Virus record (IMG/VR): IMGVR_UViG_3300017719_000004
Span: 18,644-82,643 of that record
Source: a virus
Lineage: Duplodnaviria; Caudoviricetes
Length of the DNA stretch: 64,000 nt
Strand: one strand, 5' to 3'
In this document: piece by piece, positions 46,062-59,600 of the stretch
Numbering within the stretch: position 1 is the first letter of the stretch
Layout: each line of letters begins with the position of its first letter
The notes under the pieces: model-generated
The model's database searches: none
What the model was told of the DNA's origin: nothing
What the model saw: only the letters and a program-made list of their open reading frames with translations
Program-made: the position numbers and the translations under genes

Positions 46062-47636
46062 TTAGAATTCTAAAACGATTTTAATGTCTTCTTTTTGACG
46101 CTCGTTCCTAGCAATAGATGGTCTATTGTCAAGATAAAGTATCTCACCAGTCCTTTTATTTATTTCCTCTGGAGCAAGACCATTTGTGAACTGTACTCCT
46201 AGGTCAATAACTTTACCTGATGGTGTAGTTGTTGAAATGCCAGTAAATCCAGAGTCTATGTTTACACTGAAACCACTTGGACCGGTAACAGCATTTCCTG
46301 TGGCAGAAAATGGAATTACATCAGCATCTCCACCAACACCTAAACTATCAGTTGCATCATATAGACTAGGGTTGAGATAGAGGTTTCTATCTTGGAAATA
46401 CTTAATTACTTTTGTACTTGTATCGTAAGAAGCAACATAAGCTTTTGCAGTACCAACGCCAGAAATATTCTGTGTAATTTCAGAGCCAATTGCAAGAGTT
46501 TGTACAGTATTACCAGTAAATTTGAGTGATTTAGTAGATGAAAACTCAGATGTATTGATAATCGCTGTAGATCCAGCACCAGCAGCGATTGGGTTCTTAA
46601 TTACCCCAAGTTGCGAAAATGTAGTATCGGAAATAAAGTCATAAGAAGAATTATCAAATCTAGAGTAGATAAGAACTTTATCTGTTCCTAATTCTTTATA
46701 CAAATCAAATCCATGTCCTCTTGATGGGGGGATAATCGGGGTCAGTTTAGCAAATTTTGTAGCTCCATTATTAATAGAAGAAAGATTGACTCTTCCAAAA
46801 CTATACCCTTGTCCACCAGTAGTTACAATTGCAGAAATAACTTGACCGTTTGTATTTGTTTGAACTCTGACTTTACCCCCACTTCCATCTCCTAGAATAT
46901 CTAATTCTACTGGAGACGATAAGAATGAGTATCCTTCACCCTGTTCGTCAATCGATACAACTTTAATTTGATTATTATTTAACTGAGAATCTCCATTATC
47001 TCTTACAACTTTAACTTCATTTTCCGTAGAAGTTGTCCATTCATTAGGAACAGCTACATATTCGGTTGAGTCGAACTTGACAATATCAGCGGGAGGAACA
47101 GTAAAGAGGTACTTCCATAGATACCCGTCACCACTCGTCCCAGCTGCGGATGGTTCCAAATCAGTAAATGTCGGTTCATCTAACGAAGCGTTTGCTGAGG
47201 ATGTAATTCCAGCAGAACCATTATTAATACAAATATAGACCCTAAAGTCTTTATTCATAATGTAATAGTTTGCAGAGTAAAGTCTGCTGGAGTTAGATAC
47301 TAATGATCTATTATTGGTATCATAATCATGTCGGTACATATCATAAGATGTACCTTTTGTCCACTGAACTTTACGAATCAATCTTCGCACATCACCAGGC
47401 AACACTTTTCTTCCGAAAAGCATGGTATCATAAACATGATTGACATAGCTAATATTATCAATCGGTGCTGGTGGTTGAACCGTAGTGCTATTCCAGGTAC
47501 TAGTTCTTCCATAACCCGCGATAGTCGGGTTTGCAAGACTCAAAAAGGTAAAATATGAATTAGTACCGCTAAGTATAGAGTCTACAAAGTTATTCGCATT
47601 AATGACCCTGAACTGGTCGGTGATAATGGCTGCCAT
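46062..47636 (-). CDS. gp8: baseplate wedge subunit gp8
   Basis: MAAIITDQFR, YDMYRHDY, DGYLWKYL, QKEDIKIVLEF; late promoter TATAAATA at 47670-47677. Confidence 0.92.
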   Translation of the reverse strand: MAAIITDQFRVINANNFVDSILSGTNSYFTFLSLANPTIAGYGRTSTWNSTTVQPPAPIDNISYVNHVYDTMLFGRKVLPGDVRRLIRKVQWTKGTSYDMYRHDYDTNNRSLVSNSSRLYSANYYIMNKDFRVYICINNGSAGITSSANASLDEPTFTDLEPSAAGTSGDGYLWKYLFTVPPADIVKFDSTEYVAVPNEWTTSTENEVKVVRDNGDSQLNNNQIKVVSIDEQGEGYSFLSSPVELDILGDGSGGKVRVQTNTNGQVISAIVTTGGQGYSFGRVNLSSINNGATKFAKLTPIIPPSRGHGFDLYKELGTDKVLIYSRFDNSSYDFISDTTFSQLGVIKNPIAAGAGSTAIINTSEFSSTKSLKFTGNTVQTLAIGSEITQNISGVGTAKAYVASYDTSTKVIKYFQDRNLYLNPSLYDATDSLGVGGDADVIPFSATGNAVTGPSGFSVNIDSGFTGISTTTPSGKVIDLGVQFTNGLAPEEINKRTGEILYLDNRPSIARNERQKEDIKIVLEF

Positions 47637-47672
47637 TATTATGAACGGGCGGAAGGTCTAACTTTTCTGTAT

Positions 47673-50600
47673 TTATAATATCTTCGGCAATCCTCCAGTT
47701 CCTCTCAATCCAACACCACGCCTTTGAACGATGGGATAGTTTGATAATTCTGGATCAAAATCAATACCTTTAATATTTGCATTGACTGGTTGTGTCTGAT
47801 CTCTACTAACATTACTAAACTTACCCCAAGTGAAATGAGCGTAAGGAACTGAGGTAGAACCAACTCCAACAAAATCACTTACATTAGTGTAAGATGCAAT
47901 ATTGGCAGTGATAACTCCCACACGACCACCATTTCGTGTAGATACTGCATGGACATAGTAAATGTTGTCACCATTGAATGTACTGATACCTACGATGTCA
48001 GTATCGTGCGTATCGATGCTAGTAACAGCAGCACTAACCGTGTTAATACCAGTTCCATAAAGCTTGAATGGTTGTCCAGTGCTTAATCCTGCAGTACTAT
48101 TACCATCATTCACATAATCTTGAGCATCAAATTGAATTAGAAGAGCCAAGTCAGTACCAATACCAGGACAAGTTCCGATGCCTGTCACAACACCGACAAA
48201 TCCCTGAACATTTGCAACTAGTGGTTCGATACCAGTAATATTTTCATAGTTTATTCCATAAACTGCGGTTGTACCGAATCCAACTTCTGCAATATATGCA
48301 AGACTAAAAGATCCTGTTAGTAGATTATCAGTATCTCTGAACAAAGCAGTAGAATCAACATATACAAAGGAATCGGTTGTAGTTAAGACTCCAATTACAT
48401 TTGCAATTGGAGAAATCTGTGCTTCAATAGAATCTCTAGCTTTTGATACTAGGGATCCGTCAATGATAATATCTTTTTTCTGCTTAATCCAATCCATTGG
48501 TTTGTAGTTATCATTGCTGATACCTACACCCTGATAGAATGCAGTTTCTACGGTAGCTGCACTGTCAATTCTCTTAACAATTCTATTAGCACTTTGGGCA
48601 AGATTTGCAGTGCTTTGATTGACTTGATTTAACTCAATCTGGGCGCTCTTTCTCAGTCTGAGATTATCACCGACTTTGATAACCTCATTTACATCAAATA
48701 AGAAGCTATCTTGCCCGATTGTTCCTCTGTAGAAGAAAATAACGACATTATCTTCAGTAGTAGGAGCACTCGTAAATTCAATAACGGAACCACCATCAAA
48801 TGTGTAGTTGATTCCGGGTTCTTGAATAACACCATTAATAAAGATGAGAAGAACTGCAGAAAGATCAATTTCTTTAGAATCTCGATCTCCTCTATCAATC
48901 TCAAAACTGACTAGCGATTGCTGATAGTAGAGAAGGAATCTCTTCTGATTACCATCTTGGAATTGTCGAATGTTATCGAGGTAATCAATGTTACCAAACT
49001 GCCAAGAAGAAACTTGGTCAGTAAATACATCAACAACTTCTAACTCAAATGGTCTGAACTTGTCCCCAGCATAAGGATCAGTGGAAAGACCAGTTACAGT
49101 AAACTTATCACCGCGTTTGAATCCATACCCCTTCTTGCTAAATTTGAATTCGGATACTTCAAACAATGTTGATCCAATTCCAGTTGCTGTACTTACCCCT
49201 GCAATTTGAACAGTTACTGAACAACCAACACCAGTTAGAGTTGTATTTCCAAGTCCAATTCTAGAAACACCAACAATTGGGAGGTTTTCTCCATTGGGTT
49301 CTGGAGTAATAACAGTAGAATTTGTTGTGTAATTTGTACCTGGTCCAGTAACACTGAATACCAGAGATCCACCAGCACCCACAACAGCAGTAACAGTAGC
49401 TCCTGTACCTGTAGCACAAGTAACTGCGATACCAATAGTACCAAGATTGCTATTATATCCAGATCCAAAAGTAAGTGGGAAGAACTGTGCAGCAGTACCA
49501 CCACTCACATAAGTGTGTGGGATTGTAGACGGACCAACTTGAACTTTGAATTGAGTAGCAGAAATAATACCAGCAACAGAGAATGGATCATTATGCTCTG
49601 GGAAAATAGTAGTCGTAACGCCAGCATGAGCTGCACCACAAGTAAATGCAATGCCAGTCAGTTTTACTTGATCTTCGATGAGAAGACCATGGTTCGCTGA
49701 AGTAGTAACGGTCATGATGCCCGTTCTCTTATCATAAACAGCGTTACTAAGAGATACAGAAGGACCTGTGGTGGAGATCCCGACAATACCAGTGATAGTA
49801 CCGCCAGCACCAACATCAAGACGGACATCAGCTCCTATAAACGGTGCATAACCATTTCCTGGAGTAGACGCAATAGAAACGATAACACCGCCTCTAGGGA
49901 GTTGGTTCTGGTTGATATCATCTATATCGATAATTAAATCGGTGAATCCAACTGATGTGATGCCACTAAATTGAACACTAGCAGCTGTAGAAACGGGATC
50001 TTCAATAATTTTAAAGTTAGAAACTCCTTCGTTATTTTCTCCAAATGGTGCTTGGAAAATACCGTTAATGAACAGAACGCCATTACCACCAGTAGAACCA
50101 ATACCAGTTACAGCAGCGCCAGTAGCAGTTAGTGGGAAGGTATTTTCAAGTCCATCAAACTTGTCCGAGAAATCATCAAATAGTTCATTAGTTCTGTAAT
50201 CATTTCTTAAATAAGTTCTGCCACCAAAAGATGCTCTAGGGTATGGTAAGTTCTGTGGGTCAATAACTCCTAGGTCACCACCAAGAGGAGCTTCTGTAAA
50301 GTGAATTTGACTATTAAGAATTTGGAAAGATCCTCTATGGATTCTTGCAATAGAACCAGCAGCATGATCAGTAGCTGCAGATCCAACAGCACCCCTTTCA
50401 ACCTCAACGATACTCCAAGTGCCGATCCCTGTAATAGGTCCAGTTGGTTGAGTAGCAAAACCAACAGTTCTTACAATTGAATACTCATCACCAAGTTTTA
50501 ACAAATCACCAGAAGTAATTGTGCTTAGTCCACTAAGTGCAAAAGAAGTAACAATACCGTTTACTGCAACATCAAGATCGTAAATGATTTGAGTGTACGA

Positions 50601-53600
50601 AATTGGTTTTTGAACAATTCCATTAAGAGCGATGACCGTTTTTTCATCTCTCTTATCCATAGTAAATCTATGCTTGTTCCCAGCAGCGGTTCCTGGTTGG
50701 AAAGTAACAGCTATGCCAGATCTTGCATCAGTAAGATTGGTTGAGATAAAGAATTGATCATTGTTATTTTTAATGACAAAGACTGTGGATGGGAGAGATG
50801 TATGTCCATATCCAGTAACATATTGAAGAGCACTAGCAGCAACACCAACAATATTAGAATCTGGTTCATATGTAACTGGTTCTGCATTAGAGAAGAAATG
50901 CTTGAAACTAATAAGACCTGTTCCAAAATCAATTTGATCTGGGTTTTGTGGGTTTAAATCTCTTTCATAAATTGGTGTTCCTTCATATTTCAGATCGAAT
51001 GATCTAATGTTTCTATTATTGATTCCTAAGTAAGTATTTTGAGTAACATTTTCAAATACCTTGCCATAGTCAAATGAACCGATACCTGCAAGTGTTCCGT
51101 TTGGATCTGCGTCTTTATACAGAACTTCGTTGTAAGAATAGATGCTTACAATTCCTGTTACTCCAGAGTCTGGATAGAATTCCAGATTTACATTGCTTCC
51201 ACTAAATTCTGCTCCAAATGTGCCGATACCAGTAGTAGTGCCAATAGCTGCGATTGGTTGCTGTGAAATATAAGTATCAGCTTTTTCTGGATCTGACAAT
51301 ACATAAATTTGATGTAGTGTCTGAGTTGATCCGTAAGAAACATGTACGGTTGATTTGAATGATAAGTTAGTAAAGCTACTGACACCAACAACTGTAGAAA
51401 TTCCAGTAGTAGCAGATGCACCAACAATAACTCTAGCTGTTCTCTCAGTACCTTCTGGAGTAAATTTGAGGTTGAGGTGTCTTATTGAAGTTGTACCAAG
51501 TCCAACATTCTCAAATGATACAAATTTACTTCTAACTGCAAGGGTAGAACTCTCATTGTGAATATAGTCAATTTTAACAACTCCACTTTCAATAGACGAA
51601 GTAAATGTGCCCATGAAGTTGGGACTTGAAATACCACCAAGACTTTGGCGAGTATTAAACGATGCAAGTTCTGTTAGGTAAGTATCTGTACCATCATGTT
51701 GGAGAGCTAACTCGACATAATCAATACTATTTGCAGCAGTATCTACTACAACAAAATGACCAATACCACCAACAAATGTAGTAGTACTAAATCCGATAAT
51801 TTGTTCGGTAGACCCAGATCCTACAAGAACATTAGCAGATGAGTTTACAACATTACCAGTATTGGTAGATCCGATTCCCACATCAGCAGAAAAACCTTGC
51901 TGGAATGTCTTAATATCGAAATCAGTATCAAAAGTTTCATAAGGTTTAATTCTTATTTCAGTAAGATCGTCATCAACATTGTAAAATGCGAAGAACTCTG
52001 CATATCCAGTCGAAAGACCAACATTGTTATTATTGTTGACATGTGACTTTTGTAAAAGATAAGTATTCTCATCAATTGTGACTAGAATAACCTCATTGAA
52101 TTGATATTGATTATTCAGAGGATTTTCTGCTTGATGAGTCGTTTGAATAAGATATCTTGAGAAATTTCTTCCAGCAACAACTCCAGCAATAGTTCTATCA
52201 TCACTTAAATCGTTAGATTCGTTACTAACGAAGTTTGGACTGATATCATCATGAATAAGAACTCTATTAGTTTTATTAAGAATGAAATCTGCAAGTCTTG
52301 TAGATTTAAGCTCTAGGAACTTAGATGTATTGTTGTTAGCATTAACATCTCTAGAGAGATCAAAATTATAAATTCCATCAACTCTCAATGGATCACTGAT
52401 AAAGTCGAGAACAAATCCACCAGCATCATCAGCAGGTTGTATTGATTCTCCAGCATCACCAACAGATAAAATTTGAGTATTTGCAAAATTCTTCATCCCA
52501 GATGGATGAACAATATCATTTACATAAGTAATAATTTCGTCAAATGTCTTATCACTTTCGATAGCATAAGACATATTCTGATAATAATCATTATCAGGCA
52601 AGAATTGATTACTATCACCAATTAATCCAATATTATCAGACCATCCAACATTAGTATCAATGGTGGAATCGATATCATAATATCCATCAAATACTGTAAC
52701 TGAGTCTACTACTGCACGATCACCGCTATTAGTACCTACAAGATTATCGTCAGCCTCTAAAGGTAAAGAACCTTCAATGACCATAATCCCAGTATTTGTA
52801 TCAATAGATCTTAAAATTAGATCAGTTTCATTATCGTTGTTTCTTCTTAAAGGTTCGTTCTTAGCAAATGGTGAGAAAGATATTGTAGTTGAGAATTTTG
52901 CAAGGTCACCTGCTTTAACAATTTGACCAAAACCAGGAACTACAGTTGCTCCAGTACCAACATTTGTAGTTAATCCAGTATACTTAAATGATACTTCTCG
53001 TGGATTTACTGCTGAGTTGTAGGTATCAATTGTAAAATTAGTGAACAAATAGTCGCCAGAGTTAAATCCATCTCCATCATTGTTAAATTCAATTCCTTCA
53101 AGATATACTTCTTCTCCTGGAACAAAAGGTTCTTGAACATATCCAAGAATTGGAGTAGTAATTTTACAGGTAACAACACCAACATCAGAGAAAGCTTCAA
53201 TAATAGAAATACCATTACTGTTTCTTAGTGGAGCAATGCCATAAGCATTTGCAGTCAAACCTCTAGGTTGAACAACAACCTCGGCACTGTTTACAGCGGA
53301 ATCACTAAGTTCACAAGTAATCAAACCATTATCAACAATAATTCCGGTAGTTTTATCATAAAGGACAAGGGAAGGTGCATTGATGTAAGATTTCCCACCA
53401 AAAGTAACCTCTACATCGAGTACTCTATTTGCGTTCTTAACCTGTACAGATCTGGGTAAGAATGCATCTGGTTTTAAAGTATTGTCTGAGGGATATCCAA
53501 AAACATCAGTGGGGACTGTTACATCTTTCAACAGATTGATGGTGGGTCCGATCAGATTAAGATTTCCACTAATTCCACTATTCCCAATAGATGCAACTGC

Positions 53601-56600
53601 AGGAATTTTATTGTATCCAAATCCATTATTAATGATGCGAACTTTTGCAATTCCACCAGTTGCTCCAATAGATGTTGTAGTGTAGTAAAGCTCTTCACAG
53701 TCTTCTGCTGAGTATTTTGTTTGCTCTGCTTCAGTTGCAAGGATCGCAGTAAAAGTAGTTGACCCTACACCGGTAATACTATATGATCCGGTATATGTAC
53801 TGTCAATAAAACTAATTTTAGTAAATCCAACAACCTCAGTATCAGAGGTTGACATATATCCACCCTTTTCAAATCCATAATATAACTCAGTTTTAATATT
53901 GTCATTATAATTAATTGTCAATTTGGACATATCTTCTGCAACTGTTGTTCCTAGACCAACAGTATTGACTCCAACAACTTCTAAACTAGAAGTATCTCCT
54001 GTTCCAACAAATTCATTAAAGAAGTTGCTGTCATAAAAAATCTTTAATTTACCGTCAAGTAAAGATGCGTCGTTTAAATTGAATACTATATTGTTATTTT
54101 TAGTTACTTTAATTGGTGGGTTGATTGGATTTATAGTTTGTCCAGTAGATCCAACACCAGTTACACTGACAACTTCAGGAGGATCGAGAAATAGTTGAGA
54201 TCTAGAATCTGATAATTGGAATGTATCATTATCAATTTTCAAGACAAAATATGTTCTTTGGAACAAATTGTCAGGAAGGCTATTTTCATCACCAAAAGGA
54301 CCATAAGCTAAAACTTTAAATCCAGTTTCAAGACCATGCTTATTAGCGGTAAAGATGCTAGTAACCGTATTGATTCCTGTTGTAGCAATTTCTATCGGAT
54401 TTAAAACTAAGTTTCCATCTAGTAGTTTTACTGTAACATCTTCTGCCTGGAGAATACCAGTTGTAATTCCGGGTTTTACTACAAGAGATACCCTATCGTT
54501 AATGCTTAAGTCATGAGGATTAGATGTCTCTACAGTTAACTCGCTTCTTTCAATATTAGCTATCTGTTGTGTGTAATTCGTTTGGAAATAATAGTTTGAG
54601 CTATCGTCTCCAGTCGTTGTAAAGAACAACTCAGAACCATCAGGAGAAGTTTTAAGACCAATTGTGTTGATAGTCTTGCGAACTACATAAAGACTTGCTG
54701 GAAGGGCACTGGGAGCAATGTATGGATCGATCGAAGCAGTTGCATTAATAACACTATTTCCATTTGTATCAAAGGTGACTAAATCATTGGTTTTTAGATC
54801 ATGCCCCTCAATAAAGATGGATTGAGAAAGAATTGATCTTGTTTTAGTTACTCCATTTAATGAAACATTAACAGATGTTGAAAAACCTACAGTAGTGCCA
54901 ACTCCAACTGATTCTTTTGGATTAAAATAGTATAAATCTTGGAATTTAGAATCAATAGTAAATGATTCTGAAAGTGGTAGAGTAAATTTACTTGTAAAAT
55001 AAGTAACGGCTGCTCCAACAGAAGCTGTAGCAAATCCAGCGGATCTTTCTACTCTAACAATTTTTTCAGATGGGAAAGCATTCAAAATACGAACAGTTTC
55101 TGTTCCAATACCAATAGAATCTCCAGCAGAAACATTTGGAGGAACAAGACTAACCTTCAAGTCTGTAATGATACCAGTGTACCCGTCTTGATCTAGGGTT
55201 GCGTTAAATGTTTGTACTGAAATTTTGTGATAAGTCTCAAGTCCTTTAACATAAGTGGAGATACCACTAACTCTAATAACATGATTGTCACTAAACTCGT
55301 GATATGGAGAAACTTTAAATTCTGCGGTTTCTCTACCTATTGTAAAAGGTACATTTAAGAAAGATACAGTATTACTACTTACCTGAGTGATATCAGATCC
55401 AAAAATTCTACTGACTTCCGCAGATAAACCACCCCCAGTTGTTTCACTATCGTCAAAAACGATATTATCATTGACACTGTAACCAGATCCTTTAAAATTG
55501 ATCTGTATATCAGTAATTGAACCTACTCCAAGATTGTCTGGAACAGATTCTTGATTATTTTCTTTATATGGTTGGAAAACATAATCATATGATTTGCCAT
55601 CGCCAAACATATTGTATGGAAAAGTATTTCTGACTAGTTTTGAAGATTCAAAGTCAAAATTGGTTTGATCGATGACCAATCCCCTAACTGTATTTTCGGG
55701 AATTGCAAAACTGCGGAAAGTGTCTCCAATAAAGTATGGAAATACTGGCTTATTATTAATATCTACGGTTGCAAAGTAAGCATAAACTCCTGCAGGAAAA
55801 TCTGGAGTTTTTGTGAACTTACCATTATGTTCATCTAAATCGCCAGATCCAATATAGGAATAATCTTCAACTAAAGATCCATATGGAAATTCTGATATTG
55901 GAGGTCTATTTGTAATGTTGGTTGAGACAATATCGTAACTAGATTCTTGCCTCTTAACATCAGACTGAATATTATTAGGGTCAGTTAATCCATATGGACC
56001 GTATATTGGGTTACCATCATACGCCCATCCAATAATTGAAGAATGACTGGAACCATCATCTCCAAAGAAGTCTCTAATAGAATTTCCGTATCCAATATAA
56101 TTTACAGCAACACCTCCCGTGAAGGGAGAGAGATAATCCAATTCAGTATCATTCAGACCAAATGCCTTATTAATTACCAAAGGTCTTAATTGAGCTTCAA
56201 GTTTAAGACTTGAACCTGGGTTAACGATACTGGTGGTTGTTGTACTAGCAGCGTATCCAACTCCACCGGAAATAACCTTTACTTCAGTAATAGATCCATT
56301 TTCTACTACTGATCTAAGAATAGCTCCATTTGCTTCTGAACTGGCACTAGAAACTACAATATCTGGTGGACCAGAATATCCAGATCCCCCAGATTGGACA
56401 AATGCTGAGATAATCCTACCATTGGAAAAAATGAGTCCAATTTGACCCAATTGACCGCTCTCAATTGAAATTGTTGGTGGGTTTCGGAAATCAACAACAG
56501 TAGATCCATAATTTCTACCTCTAGAATATAAAGGTGCGTCAACTACTTGACCTCTAACAATTGGAGTAGCTACAAGATCTTGTTCTTTCTGATCTTCTGT

Positions 56601-59600
56601 GAGTACTTTTACAGTACATTCAATTTTAGGATAAGTAAATCTTTGAAATCCTGATCCCTGAGAATCTAGGAATGCATGGATTTTTTTATTGTAATTATCA
56701 CCAGATGGTTTTGTATCCCCCTTATTGCCAACTTCTGCTAATCTGAATGCATCGTCACTGATTTTTAATACTTGATACTGCTTAGTAGAACTAAGTCCTG
56801 TAATAGTAGTAGTATCATATGAATAATTTACAACATCTCCATCCCTAAATCCATGATCTTCAAAGCTCACATAATCTCTAAAAGTATTAATACCTGTTGG
56901 ATTCACTAAAATATTTCTGCTGGCATATCCACTACCGGCATTTTCTATACTAATTCTACCGATAGTGGTTTTCTTTTCAAAAGTTCTGAAAATGTGTTGA
57001 CCAGTATTAGATCCAGCTGCGTTCTCAGAAATTGATATGGTATTAATACCAGTAACAGAATCTTGTTTTGTATAATGTAAGTAGATGGATCTATCACCAG
57101 AAGATCTTACATAGTAGTCTTGACCACTCATTAGGGTCAATTCTTCATTTGAAGCTCCGGTAGTTGCGATACCTAAATTATTGTTTCCATTGTTATTGTA
57201 AACAATTCTACTACCAGATACTAAGTTATGATCTGAAGTGAAAGTGAACCTATCGTTCACTGCTTCTACAGCACCACCAGAAAGGGTGCTGACGCCACTA
57301 AAAGATATCTCCCGGTATCTTTCCTCAAGTAGTGCTCTTCCGAATGCTCCAGTGCCATTACCGCCAAAGATCTCAACACTAACAACTTTATCAATATCGA
57401 ATTCTACAGGGTCAACATAGACAGAAGTGACTGTTCCAGCAAGACTGACAATAGATCCAGCAGTATTAGCTACACTGACTAATGCGTCGGAGATAGTAAC
57501 ATTAGGAGGATTTTGGACATCATATCCAACACCACCATTAAGAACATTGATTTGTTTTAATGGACCATAGTATATTTGATTTTCACCTTTGTAATTTAAT
57601 ACTTCAAGACCATTGACAAGCATACCTGTGTTGCCGTCAGCAGTAATTTCTGATGTAGTTGCTGATTCTTTACCACTTCTAAGTTCTTGTTCTAGAGTAA
57701 ATCTACGAATAGGTCTGGATGGGAAAATTTCCCGCTTACCCTGACTAGCAAGAATGAAATCATGTGTTCCAGCAATACCAGTAGGATTGAAATATTCTGG
57801 AAGATTTGCTTTGATGAAAGCTCTAGATGTATATAATTGAATCCTATTAGCAGGACTTAAAACTTTTACAAAATATCCCTTTTGCTCAAGACCAAGAATT
57901 CCGATAGTTCCTTCGGATGGAACATATACAACTTCTTCGCCAGTTTTAAATGGAACATTGTCTGTAAACGCTAGAACAGTATATGCATCTTCTGTGCTAT
58001 CATATCCATCAAAGTTTCCTAGACCAACGGTAGGGTTAACTAATGTAGATCTTACTTTATCTACAGTAATCAAATAACTAGGTAAAGAGCTAGATGCTAC
58101 ATAACCTTCTCTTTTACCAGTGCTAGACTCATTTTCCGTCTCAATATAAGTATTATTAATGTCCGATAGTAATTGGTTTTGACCACCTCTAATTGGTACA
58201 ATACTAGAATTTGCTTTTTTCTGTACTCTTCTTAAATCATAAGAAAGTGACGAATCTAAAGTAGGAATACTACCACTAAGAGTGACAGTATTTGTAGATG
58301 TATTTACAGACGATATAGTTAAAGATGTGGCAGCTACTAACTCAGAATTTCTGTTAACAATATCAACAATGTCACCCTTTCGGATACTACTCTTATCAAT
58401 GTTTCCATCTAATACAAAACCAGATCCAGAAAAGGCAGAAACTTCATATCTTGTAGATGTATTATAAATCCAAGAATTAAAGAAGATTTCTTCATATCCT
58501 CTATTAATCTCTGAGTTCTCAATCAATCTCCCCAGGTTTCTAATTCTAATAGAAGAGTCTTGATCTAGATTTTTAAGATCTGCGTTAGATAAGAACTTGC
58601 TAAGAACACCAGTAACCTTAAATTCTACTCTCTTAGAAGAATCGCCATTCTCAAACCCATAAACAATGTTAGGAGCAGAGATATCTGTGTTGTTTTTGAT
58701 CTCTGTCGATACTAATGGAGTAACATCAAAAAACTGATTAATACTTTTAGTATCGTAGTTGTATATGGTTGATCCAATCGATAAAGTTCCAACGCTAGAA
58801 AATCCAATTGTGGAGTCAACAGTAATTACAGATGCACCAATCCCAATATCACCAATATTACGAGTTTTACCAGGAACGACAAATGTGCCATCAGTTAATG
58901 ATCTCTCATCAAAACCAGTGAATAGAGAGATTTTGAAGTAATTATCTCTGAGGTTACTAACTTCTGAAATCGGACCAGAAGCTATATTAACTTTGTCATT
59001 TGTGGGATCATTATCTTGATATAATGTTTCGCCAACCAAATTTGCGGGATTACCGGAAATCAACTCAAGAGAAAGTGTTTTTCTTCTTACATAATTTGCA
59101 TATGATGGTTTGATCAGATACTTTTCAAGATCATTGATTTTTGGATCGATTCCAAATAAAGCTTTGAATAGAATCTTAAATGAATCTTCTGTACCCTTCG
59201 ATTCATAGAGACTTCTTGCCTCTTTGATAAAATTATTAATATCCAGCTGTGGTGATAGGTTTACTCCCTCTAATCCAGGAGTATACATCGCCTTCAATTT
59301 TTTATAGAACTCTTTTAAGAAAAGAGCACTAACATTTTGAACAATTGATCCTGCAGTATGTGAGGAAGCAACTGTTGATTCCCATACTAGATCTTCATTA
59401 TTATTAGGTGCAATATAGGAACTAATCCCGCTGAACCCTCTCGTACATCCAGTAAAACTAGTTTGAGTCTTGTCTGCATAAGTTATAATCTCACTATCAA
59501 TCTTAATAAGACCATGTTTTGCGGGATACCCATCCGTACTTGTTACCGAGATGGTATCATCACTATCTGAGATATCACTAGCAAGATTTGTACCTCCTTT